Below are positions 33,973 through 43,653 of a stretch of DNA of 64,000 nt, piece after piece. The notes below the pieces were generated by a model, which was not told the origin of the DNA, made no database searches, and saw only the letters and a list, made by a program, of their open reading frames with translations. Made by a program: the position numbers and the translations under genes. This DNA comes from Acidimicrobiales bacterium. GTDB lineage: Bacteria; Actinomycetota; Acidimicrobiia; Acidimicrobiales; JACDCH01. The DNA lies in contig JBPCON010000003.1 in assembly GCA_051000215.1 (NCBI GenBank), positions 10,321-74,320 on the forward strand, given 5' to 3'. Numbering within the stretch: the first letter of the stretch is position 1; the number at the start of each line of letters is the position of its first letter.

Positions 33973-34929
33973 TTGCTGGTGCTCTTGAGCTTCGGCCTCG
34001 TGCTTGTGGCGACCGTGCTGCTCGTGCTCGGCCTCCTGGTCGACTCCGGCCTGACGCTGATCTACGGCTCGATCGGCCTGAGCGTCGTGGCCGCGATCGT
34101 GCTGTTCATCGCGGTGCGTGTGAACAAGCCCAAGCAGGCGCAAACCTCCGCGCCTGCTCCTCTCGTGCCCGAGCAAGCCCCGGCGACATCGATCGCCCCA
34201 ACCGTTCCCGCCGAGGTATCAGATGCCTCGGCCCCGCTCCCGGTGGCTGAGCCCGCAACCGCGGACGCTGGTGACACGGATTGGCTCGCGGCCGACCAAA
34301 CCTGGGGCGAGACGGATGCAGCGTGGGACGGCGACGAGAGCGAGTTCCCGATCGCTGACTACGACGAGCTGAGCGCCGAGGAGATCCTCCCGCTGCTCCC
34401 GCAGCTCTACAGCGACGAGATCCCGGTCGTCGCGGCCCGTGAGCGCGCCGGCCAGGCGCGCGGCGAGATACTCGAGGAGCTGGCTCGCTTGCGCCAAGGC
34501 GCGGCAGCCGGCCCCGGCGCGGCAGGCGACGAGGCGTGGTCCCGCAGCGCAGGCGACCTGCCGATCGAGGACTACGACGAGCTGCCCGTCAGCGAGATCG
34601 TCGCGGTGCTGGGCGAGCTCGACGCTGCCGAGCTCGAAGACGTGAGGGCCTACGAAGCCTCCAACGCCGCTCGCAGCACGGTCCTCACCAACATCGACCG
34701 TCGGATCGCGTCAGCCGCGCCATCTCCGCGCGGGCGGCCCGGGAAGCAGGCCGCTCCCAAGAAGGCCGCAAGCAGGAAGGCTGCACCCGCGAAGAAGGCC
34801 GCAAGCAAGAAGGCTGCCGCGTCGAAGAAGGCTGCTCCTGCGAAGAAGGCGGCTCCTGCGAAGAAGGCTGCACCTGCCAAGAAGGCGGCACCTGCCAAGA
34901 AGGCAGCTCCTGCCAAGAAGGCACGCTAG
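33973..34929 (+). CDS. membrane-anchored protein with duplicated DYDEL module and Lys/Ala/Pro histone-H1-like C-terminal tail
   Basis: 318-aa ORF. TTG start with an AAAGGGGA SD upstream. Two N-terminal TM helices, two copies of (F/L)PIxDYDEL...EI (from 34345 and 34558), and a C-terminal AKKAAP repeat tail. Confidence 0.7.
   Translation: MLVLLSFGLVLVATVLLVLGLLVDSGLTLIYGSIGLSVVAAIVLFIAVRVNKPKQAQTSAPAPLVPEQAPATSIAPTVPAEVSDASAPLPVAEPATADAGDTDWLAADQTWGETDAAWDGDESEFPIADYDELSAEEILPLLPQLYSDEIPVVAARERAGQARGEILEELARLRQGAAAGPGAAGDEAWSRSAGDLPIEDYDELPVSEIVAVLGELDAAELEDVRAYEASNAARSTVLTNIDRRIASAAPSPRGRPGKQAAPKKAASRKAAPAKKAASKKAAASKKAAPAKKAAPAKKAAPAKKAAPAKKAAPAKKAR
34744..34926 (+). repeat. about 10 tandem 18-bp coding repeats (AAG AAG GCN GCN CCT GCN) encoding (A/S)KKAAP
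   Basis: Read directly from rows 34741-34921. The last five units are near-identical (gcc aag aag gcg gca cct). Confidence 0.85.
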
Positions 34930-34942
34930 GGCGATCAGCCCA

Positions 34943-35809
34943 ATGCTCGAGCGCGCCGAGTGGGTTTCGTCGGGCGAACGCATTCCCGTCGCCGTCGGCG
35001 GCGGCGCCGTCGAAGTCTTCGTTCGCGTCGCGGGCGACGGACCGTGGTGCACGCTGGTGCACGGCTACCCGACGTCGTCGTGGGATTGGGCCCATGTCGC
35101 ACCCCGGCTGGAGGCGCACCGTCGCACGCTTGCACTCGACCTGCTCGGCTTCGGCGCATCGGACAAGCCCCACGACCACATCTATTCGATCCACGAGCAA
35201 GCCGACATCGTTGAAGCTGCCTGGGATTGGGCCGAGGTCGAGGAGACCGAGCTCGTCAGCCACGACTACGGCGACAGCGTCGCTCAAGAGCTCGTCGCCC
35301 GAGCCATTGCCGGCACGCTCGACGTCGAGCTCACCGCCTGGTCGCTGCTCAACGGTGGCATCTACCCCGACCTCCACCGGCCCACGCTCGGTCAGACGTT
35401 GCTGCTCGACCCCGACAGCGGCCAGGCCATTGCTGACGCGGTGACCCCGGAGACGTTCTCGGCAGCGCTCCTCGCAGTCCTCGGCCCGGCCGGGGCCCCA
35501 GGTCCTGAGCTGTCGCAGCATTGGGACGCGCTGGCCGACCGCGGCGGCTCGGACATGCTGGCTCGCCTCATCCACTACATCGGTGATCGCTCGATCCACG
35601 CCGAGCGATGGATCCACGCGCTCGAGCACAGCCCGGTGCCTCCTCGCTTCGTCTGGGGTCCCGAGGACCCGGTCTCGGGCGCGCACGTCATCGTGCGGCT
35701 CCGCGAGCGCTTCGTGTCGGAGGCGATCTTCGAGCTCCCCGGCATCGGCCATTACCCGCAGTGGGAGGCACCCGACGCCGTCGCCGACGCGGTCCTCAGC
35801 CCACGCTGA
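34943..35809 (+). CDS. alpha/beta hydrolase fold protein (Asp-nucleophile type, epoxide hydrolase/dehalogenase-like)
   Basis: 288-aa ORF. HGYPTSSWDW, the nucleophile elbow VSHDYGDSV, and the C-terminal GHYPQWE. Confidence 0.85.
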   Translation: MLERAEWVSSGERIPVAVGGGAVEVFVRVAGDGPWCTLVHGYPTSSWDWAHVAPRLEAHRRTLALDLLGFGASDKPHDHIYSIHEQADIVEAAWDWAEVEETELVSHDYGDSVAQELVARAIAGTLDVELTAWSLLNGGIYPDLHRPTLGQTLLLDPDSGQAIADAVTPETFSAALLAVLGPAGAPGPELSQHWDALADRGGSDMLARLIHYIGDRSIHAERWIHALEHSPVPPRFVWGPEDPVSGAHVIVRLRERFVSEAIFELPGIGHYPQWEAPDAVADAVLSPR

Positions 35810-35813
35810 GGCG

Positions 35814-38800
35814 TCAGACGGCGTGGAGCGTTGCGTGGATGGCTCGGGCGTCAGGGAGCTCGACGCGGTGGGCGTCGTTGAGGCCGTGCTCGGCGAAGCT
35901 GAGCTCAGTCGCGAGGACCTCGCGCCCGAACCAGTCCCAGTGCCCCTCGAGAGCGGCGCGCACGTCGGCATGGTCGCCGACGTCGATGCTGAGGTGGATG
36001 CGATCCGATACGTGGAGCCCCGCGCCCTTGCGCATCTCGTTGAACTGACGCACCAGGTAGCGCACCAAACCCTCCGTTGCGAGCTCCGGAGTGATATCGA
36101 GATCGAGCGCAACGAGCCCGTCGTCGCGCAATGGGGCGGCGGCACCGCCATCACGAGCGACGAGGCGCAACGTGTACTCGTCTGGCGCGAGCGTCCGGCC
36201 GGCGACCACGACCTCGTCTCCATCGCGCGCCCACTCTCCGGCGCGCACTGCAGCGATGAGCTTCTGCACATCGGAGCCGACGCGGGGCCCGAGCACCTTG
36301 GGCACGAGGGCGAGCTCGAAACTGCCGGCGGTGGCGACATCGCTGGTGAGCGCGACAGCCTTCACGTTCGCCTCCTCTGCGATCAGCGCGACGAAGGGCC
36401 CCAGCGTCGCGGCGTCGGGCGCGGCGACCGACAACAAGGCGAGCGGCTGGCGGTTGGGGACTCCCGCTACCTTGCGGATCGAGGCTGCAACGGAGCAGAC
36501 CTCGCGGACCGCGTCCATGGCCACCACGAGATCGGGGTCGCCCGCAGCCTCGTCGGGTGCTGGCCAATCGGTCAGATGTACGGAGCCGGCACCACTGAGG
36601 CCGCGATAGATCGCTTCGGTCGTGAGCGGCAGGAGCGGCGCAGCGACGCGGCACAGCAAGCCGAGCACGGTGTGCAGCGTGCGTATCGCGTCCTCGTCGC
36701 CTGCCCAGAACCTGTCGCGCGAGCGGCGCACGTACCAGTTGTTGAGGGAGTCGATGAAAGCGAAGATCGACGCGCACGCGCCTGAGATGTCGTATGCGTC
36801 CATCTGCGAGGTGACGTCGTCGCGCAGGGCGCCCACCTTCGCAACGACGTAGCGATCAAGGATGTGCTCCGGAGCCGACGTGAGCACCGAGCCGCGAACT
36901 CCAGCGGCGTTGGCATAGAGGGAGAGGAAGTACCAGGCGTTCCAGATCGGCATCAGGATCTGGCGAACCGCTTCTTCCATCGGGCGCTTGTCGGCGACCA
37001 TGTCGCCGCCGCGCACCGCGGCTGAAGACAGCAGCGCCCAGCGCATTGCGTCGGAGCCGATGGTGTCGAAGACGTCGATCGGATCGGGGTAGTTGCGCAG
37101 GCGTTTCGAGAGCTTCTGCTTGTCGTCGCCGAGCAGCACTCCGTGCACGACACACGATTGGAAGGAAGGCTTGTCGAACAAGGCGGTGGCGAGCACGTGC
37201 AATGTGTAGAACCAGCCGCGCGTCTGGCCGATGTACTCACAGATGAAGTCGCCAGGAAAGTGCGACTCGAACCACTCGACGTTCTCGAACGGGTAATGCA
37301 CCTGCGCGAACGGCATCGCTCCCGACTCGAACCAGCAGTCGAGGACGTCCTCGATCCTTCGCATCTTGGAGCGGCCAGTGGGATCGTCGGGGTTTGCACG
37401 CGTGAGCTCGTCGATCGCGGGACGGTGCAGGTCGGTGGGCCGCACACCGAAGTCGCGCTCGAGCTCATCGAGGGAGCCGTAGACGTCGACGCGCGGGTAG
37501 GTGGGGTCATCTGATCGCCACACCGGGATCGGCGAGCCCCAGAAGCGGTTCCGGCTGATCGACCAGTCTCGGGCGCCCTCGAGCCAGCGGCCGAACGAGC
37601 CGTCGCGCACATGTTCCGGCACCCAGGTGATCTGCTGGTTCAGCTCGAGCATGCGATCACGCAGCGCCGAGACCTGCACGAACCAGCTTGAGACAGCCTT
37701 GTAGATGAGCGGTGTGTCGGTGCGCCAGCAGTGCGGGTAGCTGTGCACGTAGCTGTCGTGGCGAACGAGCTGACCCCTCGTCTTGAGATCTCGGATGACC
37801 GCAGCGTTCGCGTCGAAGACCTGCTGACCCGCGTAGTCGGGCACCTCCGCGGTGAAGCGGGCGTGCTCGTCGACCGGACAGACGGTCGCGATGCCCGCTT
37901 CATCGCACGCCGCCTTGTCGTCCTCGCCGAAGCCGGGCGCGAGGTGCACGATGCCTGTGCCCTCATCGGTCGCGACCCACTCTGCGCCGAGCACGACGAA
38001 CGCGCCGGGTGTGCTCGCGAAGAAGGGGAACAACGGTGCGTACGCTCGCCCGACAAGGGCGCTGCCCTGCAAGGTGTCGACGAGGGTCGCCTCGGCCAGC
38101 TCCTTCTCGTACTTCGCAACGGTCGCCTCACCGAGGACGAAGCGTTGCCCGTCACGCTGGTAGACCGCGTACGTGACGTCGGGGCCGACGGCGAGCGCCA
38201 AGTTCGACGGCAACGTCCATGGCGTCGTGGTCCAAACGAGCAGCAGTTCGCCCGTCTCGAGGGCGAACTGCACCGTGACCGCCGGGTCCTGGCGATCTCG
38301 GTACGCGTCGTCCATCCGCGTCTCGAAGTTCGACAGCGGCGTCTCGCACTCCCAGCAGTAGGGGAGCACGCGCAGACCCTCGTACAACAGCCCTTTGTCG
38401 TAGAGCTGCTTCTGGGCCCACATGACCGATTCCATGTAGTCGAGGTCCATGGTCTTGTAGTCGTTGGCCATGTCGACCCAACGGGCTTGCCGCGACACGT
38501 AGCGCGACCAGTCGTCGGCCGTGCCATCCGCGATCGAGCGGCACTCGTCGTTGAAGGGCGCTACGCCGTAGTCCTCGATCGCGAACCGTCCCGAGACGCC
38601 GAGGCGCCGCTCGGCTTCCATCTCCGCCGGCAGCCCGTGGCAGTCCCAGCCGAAACGACGCTCGACACGGTGGCCGCGCATGGTCTGGTAGCGGGGGATG
38701 GCGTCTTTCACGAAGCCGGTGAGGAGATGCCCGTAGTGCGGTAGCCCGTTGGCGAACGGCGGGCCGTCGTAGAACACGAACTCACCCTCGCCTCGCGGGT

Positions 38801-38912
38801 GGCGCTCGACGCTGCTCTTGAAGGTGCGCTCAGCCCGCCAGAGCTCGATGATCGAGCGCTCGATGTCGGGAAACCGTGGCTGCTTCTCGACGTCGGGATA
38901 GGGCTCGGACAT
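35814..38912 (-). CDS. ileS: isoleucine--tRNA ligase (type 2, actinobacterial/eukaryote-like)
   Basis: 1032-aa ORF. HIGH-type PHYGHLL and KMSKS-type KLSKRL motifs, plus an editing domain. Confidence 0.97.
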   Translation of the reverse strand: MSEPYPDVEKQPRFPDIERSIIELWRAERTFKSSVERHPRGEGEFVFYDGPPFANGLPHYGHLLTGFVKDAIPRYQTMRGHRVERRFGWDCHGLPAEMEAERRLGVSGRFAIEDYGVAPFNDECRSIADGTADDWSRYVSRQARWVDMANDYKTMDLDYMESVMWAQKQLYDKGLLYEGLRVLPYCWECETPLSNFETRMDDAYRDRQDPAVTVQFALETGELLLVWTTTPWTLPSNLALAVGPDVTYAVYQRDGQRFVLGEATVAKYEKELAEATLVDTLQGSALVGRAYAPLFPFFASTPGAFVVLGAEWVATDEGTGIVHLAPGFGEDDKAACDEAGIATVCPVDEHARFTAEVPDYAGQQVFDANAAVIRDLKTRGQLVRHDSYVHSYPHCWRTDTPLIYKAVSSWFVQVSALRDRMLELNQQITWVPEHVRDGSFGRWLEGARDWSISRNRFWGSPIPVWRSDDPTYPRVDVYGSLDELERDFGVRPTDLHRPAIDELTRANPDDPTGRSKMRRIEDVLDCWFESGAMPFAQVHYPFENVEWFESHFPGDFICEYIGQTRGWFYTLHVLATALFDKPSFQSCVVHGVLLGDDKQKLSKRLRNYPDPIDVFDTIGSDAMRWALLSSAAVRGGDMVADKRPMEEAVRQILMPIWNAWYFLSLYANAAGVRGSVLTSAPEHILDRYVVAKVGALRDDVTSQMDAYDISGACASIFAFIDSLNNWYVRRSRDRFWAGDEDAIRTLHTVLGLLCRVAAPLLPLTTEAIYRGLSGAGSVHLTDWPAPDEAAGDPDLVVAMDAVREVCSVAASIRKVAGVPNRQPLALLSVAAPDAATLGPFVALIAEEANVKAVALTSDVATAGSFELALVPKVLGPRVGSDVQKLIAAVRAGEWARDGDEVVVAGRTLAPDEYTLRLVARDGGAAAPLRDDGLVALDLDITPELATEGLVRYLVRQFNEMRKGAGLHVSDRIHLSIDVGDHADVRAALEGHWDWFGREVLATELSFAEHGLNDAHRVELPDARAIHATLHAV

Positions 38913-39008
38913 CGCGCGAAGCCTACGGGTCGGTCCCGTGCGTCCTGAACAAAGGTGCTGCGCTGCTACTGTGCGGGACCCCTTTCAGGGGAGCAGGGAA
39001 GGAAACCG

Positions 39009-39791
39009 ATGCCCCGATCGACCAGATCACGCCCCGCCGCCGCGCCTACCAAAGCGTCGGCAAAGGCCGCGAAGCGCGCCAAGCCGGTTGCCCGCGGCTC
39101 GAAAGCACCTGCGAAGAAGCTCGCAGGCGAGGTGCGTCGAAGCGGCGCCGCGAAAGCGCCAGCGAAGCGAGCGGCAGCAAGGAAGGTTCCGGCGAAGAAG
39201 GCACCGGCGAAGAAGGCACCGGTCAAGAAGGCACCGGTCAAGAAGGCTCCGGCCAGGAAGGCACCGGCCAGGAAGGCACCGGCCAGGAAGGCTCCGGCCA
39301 GGAAGGCTCCGGCCAGGAAGGCTGCCGGTCCGCCCCGCAAGGTCGCGGCGCCGAAGAAGATCGTGCCCACGAACGCGGCGCCAGCGAAGCCTGCAGCCGG
39401 CGGACGCAGCTCTGCGGGTTTCGGCGCCAAGTTCCTCGAGACCCAGCGCAAGCTGCTCATCGAGGAGCGAGCCTCTTACGTGTACCAGGCCACCGCCCTC
39501 ACGAACGAGGCGAACCTCCTCACCGCCGACCGCGAGCAGGGCGACGTGCAGTTCGACGAGGAATCGGGCGAGGGCGACACCCTTGCGGTCGAGCGCGAGC
39601 GCGACCTCGTGCTCAGCGCCCAGGCCCGGGTGCAGATCGACGAGATCGACCACGCGCTCGAGAAGCTCGAGCTCGGAACGTACGGGCTCTGTGAGATCTC
39701 GGGTCAGCCGATTCCCAAGGAGCGCCTCGAGGCCATCCCTTGGGCCCGCGAGCGTGTCGAGTTCAAGGTCGGCGGCCTCGGGCGTTGGTAG
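39009..39791 (+). CDS. ddbA: DdbA-like nucleoid-associated protein: N-terminal histone-H1-like A/K/P repeats plus C-terminal DksA/TraR-like domain
   Basis: ATG 39009 (GGGAAGGAAA SD) inside ORF 38955..39791. AKKAP-type repeats, then a coiled coil and [20 protein letters not shown] (DksA/TraR finger region). The ileS-ddbA-lspA-rluD synteny matches Streptomyces. Confidence 0.78.
   Translation: MPRSTRSRPAAAPTKASAKAAKRAKPVARGSKAPAKKLAGEVRRSGAAKAPAKRAAARKVPAKKAPAKKAPVKKAPVKKAPARKAPARKAPARKAPARKAPARKAAGPPRKVAAPKKIVPTNAAPAKPAAGGRSSAGFGAKFLETQRKLLIEERASYVYQATALTNEANLLTADREQGDVQFDEESGEGDTLAVERERDLVLSAQARVQIDEIDHALEKLELGTYGLCEISGQPIPKERLEAIPWARERVEFKVGGLGRW
39192..39326 (+). repeat. nine tandem 15-bp coding repeats (AKKAP x2, VKKAP x2, ARKAP x4, ARKAA)
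   Basis: Read directly from rows 39181-39301. Codon-phased from 39192. The first four units carry AAG-AAG and the last five carry AGG-AAG. Confidence 0.85.
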
Positions 39792-40291
39792 AAGGGTCGG
39801 CGCCGGTCGCGTCTGTTGCAACGCAACGCGCCGGAGCCCGGCGCACCACCCCGGTCGTCGCAGTCGCAGCCGTCGTCGTCGTCGTCGATCAGCTCACCAA
39901 GTTTTGGGCAGTCGCCACCCTGTCGGATCGAGACATCGACATCTTCGGTTCGCTGCGGCTGCACCTCGAACGCAACAGTGGAGCTGCGTTCAGCGTCGGC
40001 GGTGGGCGCGGCTCGTTCATCGCCGTCGTTGGCATCGCCATCGTCATCGCGCTTGTCTGGTTCGCTCGCACGACGACTACCACCGCCACCGGGGCGCTCG
40101 CCCTCGGCTTCGTGCTCGGCGGGGCCATCGGCAACCTCGTCGATCGCTTCGTCCGCGACTCGAGCGCCGTCGTCGACTTCATCGACTTGCAGTGGTGGCC
40201 GGTGTTCAACCTCGCAGACGTCGGTGTGACGATGGGCGCCATCTTCTTGTTGGCTGGCTCGTTGCGTCCTCGGTCCGCGAGCAGGTCGTGA
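39785..40291 (+). CDS. lspA: lipoprotein signal peptidase II
   Basis: ORF 39740..40291. DQLTKFW, NSGAAFS, GGAIGNLVDR and FNLADV motifs. Start at TTG 39785 (overlaps the ddbA stop) or ATG 39740. Confidence 0.88.
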   Translation: MVEGSAPVASVATQRAGARRTTPVVAVAAVVVVVDQLTKFWAVATLSDRDIDIFGSLRLHLERNSGAAFSVGGGRGSFIAVVGIAIVIALVWFARTTTTTATGALALGFVLGGAIGNLVDRFVRDSSAVVDFIDLQWWPVFNLADVGVTMGAIFLLAGSLRPRSASRS

Positions 40292-41205
40292 TCAGCGACG
40301 CGATGCCCGAGGCTCTCGACGGCGAGCGCATCGACCGCGTCGTCGCCTTGTTGACGGGTGCGAGCCGAAGCGCAGCTGCAACCCTCCTGGCTTCGGGTGT
40401 CGTGCGAGTCGACGGGCTGGCAACGACGAAGCCCTCGTCACGCGTCTCGCTCGGGCAGCTCGTCGAGATCGACGCCGATCTCGGGACGGCGCCGGTCGAG
40501 CTCGAACCCGATTCGACTGTGGAGCTCGAGATCGTGCACGTCGACGAGTCCGTGATCGTGGTCGACAAGCAGGCAGGTCTCGTGGTGCATCCCGGGTCGG
40601 GCCAGGAGCACGGCACCCTCGTCAACGGCTTGCTCGCCCGATTCCCCGACATCGCGGGTATTGGCGACGCTGATCGACCAGGAGTCGTGCACCGCCTCGA
40701 CAAAGGGACGTCCGGCCTTCTCGTCATCGCTCGCACCGAGCGCGCCCGGGAGGCCCTCGTCGCGCAGCTGGCGAGCCGAACCGCGGAGCGCCGCTCCCTG
40801 ACCCTCGTCTGGGGGCGCCTCGAGTCGCCCCTCGGGCTCCTCGACGCCCCGATCGGGCGCTCACAACGTGAGCCGACCCGCATGGCCGTGTCCGCGAGAG
40901 GCAAGGAGGCCAAGACGCGCTACGAGCTGGTACGCGCCAACGATCAGCCGGCGCCCACGTCGCTGTTGCGCTGCCGGCTCGAGACGGGTCGCACGCATCA
41001 GATCCGCGTGCACCTCGCGGCGATCGGGCACCCCGTCGTCGGCGACGATCGCTACGGCGGGCTCCGCAAGCCGATGCTCGACGTGCCACGTCCCTTCCTG
41101 CACGCCGAGCACCTGTCGTTCGTGCACCCGGCAACAGGGGTCGAGGTGAGCTTCGACAGCCCCCTGCCCGACGACCTCGACGAGATCCGTGCCCGACTCA
41201 GCTGA
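40288..41205 (+). CDS. rluD: RluA-family 23S rRNA pseudouridine synthase (RluD-like)
   Basis: GTG 40288 (GTGA overlap with the lspA stop), in frame with ORF 38938..41205. S4-like N-terminus, and HRLDKGTSGLLV with the catalytic Asp. Confidence 0.9.
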   Translation: MISDAMPEALDGERIDRVVALLTGASRSAAATLLASGVVRVDGLATTKPSSRVSLGQLVEIDADLGTAPVELEPDSTVELEIVHVDESVIVVDKQAGLVVHPGSGQEHGTLVNGLLARFPDIAGIGDADRPGVVHRLDKGTSGLLVIARTERAREALVAQLASRTAERRSLTLVWGRLESPLGLLDAPIGRSQREPTRMAVSARGKEAKTRYELVRANDQPAPTSLLRCRLETGRTHQIRVHLAAIGHPVVGDDRYGGLRKPMLDVPRPFLHAEHLSFVHPATGVEVSFDSPLPDDLDEIRARLS

Positions 41206-41983
41206 GGGCGACCACGATCCCGTCGACGTCGAGCTCGTGGCAGCTCGCCGGGTGGCCCTCGTCGTCGTCGGCGCGGTCGCAGCGCTGCTCATCGCTGGCG
41301 TGGTCGCCGTCGTCGTGCGCCCAGGCCGGAGCGAGGACCCTTCAGCGGTCATCGAGGCATCGAGCGGCGTCGAGCTCCCGGGCGCTTCGGTCAGGAGCAT
41401 CGGTCCATCCGCAGGGGAGAACATCGAGGGATACGTGTCGGCCCGACGCCAAGTCCTGGCGGGCATCGGCGATCGCGACGAGCGCGTCGCGGTCGTCAGC
41501 TTCGTGAGGTACCGCACCTCGAGCGACGCGTCAGCTGTCCTGTCGGAGGCTCGGGTCGACACAGCGATCAGCGTGCTCGGCCAGTTGGTCGCAGCGCCCG
41601 GCGGCGATCCGACGCTGGTCACGGGCTCGCTCGACGACTGGGCAGCGGCCTTGCGAGCCAACGCCGAAGCGGATCGCTCGCAGGACGAGCAGATCCTGCC
41701 AACGGTCGAAGCCGGCTCGGAGTTCATCGCGTTCTACCAGCGCGAGCTGCTGCGCCTCGCCGCGGTGCGCGACGGCGCGCGGGCCGACGGCCCCGTGGTG
41801 TTCGGGCTCGTCGTTCGAGCGAAAGGCTCTGCACTTCGGACGCTCGCTGCTCGGGCAGAAGTCCGGCTGGTCGATGTCGGCACAGGAAGCGACGAGGCCA
41901 GCGACGCCGCGTACGCTGGCCTCCTCCCCGACGACACCATGACTACCGGGTCACCGCCGCAACGCCCCATCCCGGCCAAGTAG
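41189..41983 (+). CDS. hypothetical membrane-anchored protein
   Basis: 264-aa ORF. One TM helix (VALVVVGAVAALLIAGVVAVVV). No recognisable motif. Overlaps the rluD end by 17 nt. Confidence 0.5.
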   Translation: MPDSAEGDHDPVDVELVAARRVALVVVGAVAALLIAGVVAVVVRPGRSEDPSAVIEASSGVELPGASVRSIGPSAGENIEGYVSARRQVLAGIGDRDERVAVVSFVRYRTSSDASAVLSEARVDTAISVLGQLVAAPGGDPTLVTGSLDDWAAALRANAEADRSQDEQILPTVEAGSEFIAFYQRELLRLAAVRDGARADGPVVFGLVVRAKGSALRTLAARAEVRLVDVGTGSDEASDAAYAGLLPDDTMTTGSPPQRPIPAK

Positions 41984-41997
41984 AGGCCGACTCAGGC

Positions 41998-42441
41998 TCA
42001 GTCCGGCGCTGGCCAGTCGCGCTCGCCGCGAGCCATGCTGGCGACCTCGGCGAGGGTGAGAGCGTCGAGCATGCGGCGCATCTGGTTGCTGACGTTCGAC
42101 CACACCGCGAGGAGCACGCACTGGCCCTCGTGGTCGCACGCCCCGTTCTGGTGCGGCTCGCCGAAGTCGCCGATCACGATCGGCCCGTCGACGGCCGAGA
42201 CGATGTCTCCGAGCGTGATCTGCGACGGATCGCGAGCGAGCACGTAGCCGCCGCCGACCCCGCGCTTCGAGCGCACGATCCCCGCGCCCTTGAGCGCGAG
42301 GAGGATTTGCTCGAGGTAGGGCTGGGGGAGCGCGGTGCGCTCGGCGATGTCTCTGACCGAGGTCGGGCTTCCGCCTTCGCCGTGCAGCGCGAGCGAGAGC
42401 AGCGCCCTACTCGCGTAGTCACCCCGGGTCGAGACCTTCAC
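41998..42441 (-). CDS. Rrf2 family transcriptional regulator
   Basis: 147-aa ORF. MKVSTRGDYASRALLSLA ... PYLEQILLALKGAGIVRSKRGVGGGYVLAR is the canonical Rrf2 winged helix. GTG start. Confidence 0.88.
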   Translation of the reverse strand: MKVSTRGDYASRALLSLALHGEGGSPTSVRDIAERTALPQPYLEQILLALKGAGIVRSKRGVGGGYVLARDPSQITLGDIVSAVDGPIVIGDFGEPHQNGACDHEGQCVLLAVWSNVSNQMRRMLDALTLAEVASMARGERDWPAPD

Positions 42442-42522
42442 GGCGGGTCATCGTAGGGCGATGATCGGCTCCGGCTGCCCCTCGTGCACTCGTTACGCTG
42501 GCGCTGAGCACGGAGGCAGAGC

Positions 42523-43653
42523 TTGGGCGGCGAACGGGCAGCGCGCAGCGCGCAGGACGATGGTGGTCCTGCGCTACCGGACTATGCGGGGGGTTGCACC
42601 AGCAACATCGTGCCTGCGCTCCTCGAGCCGTCGGGCGACAAGCCGTCTTGGCTCCCGGAGCCTGCGTGGGATGCCGAACGGGTCGTGCTGCTCCTGCTCG
42701 ACGGGCTCGGATGGGAGCAGCTCGAGGATCGGCGCCACCTGGCGCCGACGCTCTCGGCGATGACCGGCGGGCGCATCACCACGGTGCTTCCGACGACCAC
42801 AGCGACAGCGCTGACATCCTTGACAACTGGACTCCCGCCTGGTGAGCACGGGGTCGTCGGCTACCGCATCCATGTCAACGGCGAGGTGCTCAACGTCCTG
42901 CGCTGGGTGACGGCTTCAGGCGACGCCCGCCAGACGATCCCGCCGGCGAAGATCCAAGAGCACCTCCCCTTCGCTGGCCACCGCCCTCCTGTGGTCACCC
43001 GCTCCGAGTTCGCGACCACGGGTTTCACAGCGGCACACCTCGACGGCACCCGCCTGAGCGGGTGGCGGATGCCCTCGACCCTCGTCACCGAGGTGGCGCG
43101 CCTGGCTCGGGCCGAGCCGTTCACCTACGCGTACTACGACGGCGTCGACAAGGTGTCTCACGAGTTCGGCTTCGGTGAGCACTTCGACGCTGAGGTCGCC
43201 GCAGCCGACCGCTTGGTCGCTGATGTGCTGAGCGCGGTGCCCAAGGGCACGGCGGTGATCGTCACCTCCGATCACGGGCAGGTGCACGTCGGCGACGACG
43301 TCGTCGGCCTCGCCCCTGACGTGCTCGCGCGCGTCGCGCTGCAGTCAGGCGAAGGCCGCTTCCGGTGGCTCCACGCTCGGCCCGGTCACGCCGCCTTGCT
43401 GCGAGCTGACGCCGAGGAGCACCACGGCCATCACGCCTGGGTCCGCTCTCGCGACGAGATCGTGGAAGAAGGCTGGTTCGGCCCGACGGTGACCGCTGAC
43501 GCGCTGAGCCGCCTCGGTGATGTCGCGCTCGTCGCCAAGGGCAGCATCGCGTTCTCCGAGCCGGCCGACACCGGTCCGTACCACCTCATCGGGCGCCATG
43601 GATCGGCAACGACGGCCGAGCTCTTCGTGCCCCTGCTGGCTTCGCTGCGCTGA
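42523..43653 (+). CDS. alkaline phosphatase superfamily protein (type I phosphodiesterase/nucleotide pyrophosphatase-like)
   Basis: 376-aa ORF. LLLLDGLGW, TTVLPTTTATALTSLTTG, YYDGVDKVSHEFG and VTSDHG motifs. Confidence 0.75.
   Translation: MGGERAARSAQDDGGPALPDYAGGCTSNIVPALLEPSGDKPSWLPEPAWDAERVVLLLLDGLGWEQLEDRRHLAPTLSAMTGGRITTVLPTTTATALTSLTTGLPPGEHGVVGYRIHVNGEVLNVLRWVTASGDARQTIPPAKIQEHLPFAGHRPPVVTRSEFATTGFTAAHLDGTRLSGWRMPSTLVTEVARLARAEPFTYAYYDGVDKVSHEFGFGEHFDAEVAAADRLVADVLSAVPKGTAVIVTSDHGQVHVGDDVVGLAPDVLARVALQSGEGRFRWLHARPGHAALLRADAEEHHGHHAWVRSRDEIVEEGWFGPTVTADALSRLGDVALVAKGSIAFSEPADTGPYHLIGRHGSATTAELFVPLLASLR

Noticed and set aside
38913-39008. Possible T-box riboswitch in the ileS leader, which is known for actinobacterial ileS
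   Set aside because: The gap to the divergent ddbA-like start is only 96 bp. I could not find the conserved T-box sequence (GGUGGNACCNCG-like) or a specifier-loop arrangement. Only a short CCCCU-GAA-AGGGG hairpin is present. A covariance-model search would settle this.
34744-39326. Short tandem DNA repeats (18-bp and 15-bp units) considered as possible CRISPR arrays
   Set aside because: The units are directly adjacent with no spacers. They are in phase with codons and encode Lys/Ala/Pro peptide repeats inside ORFs. No cas genes are present.
38966-39460. 164-aa minus ORF with AGAFL repeats
   Set aside because: It is the reverse-complement reading of the [10 protein letters not shown] 15-bp repeats of the ddbA-like gene. 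The plus frame has an SD, a recognisable DksA-like C-terminus and conserved synteny.
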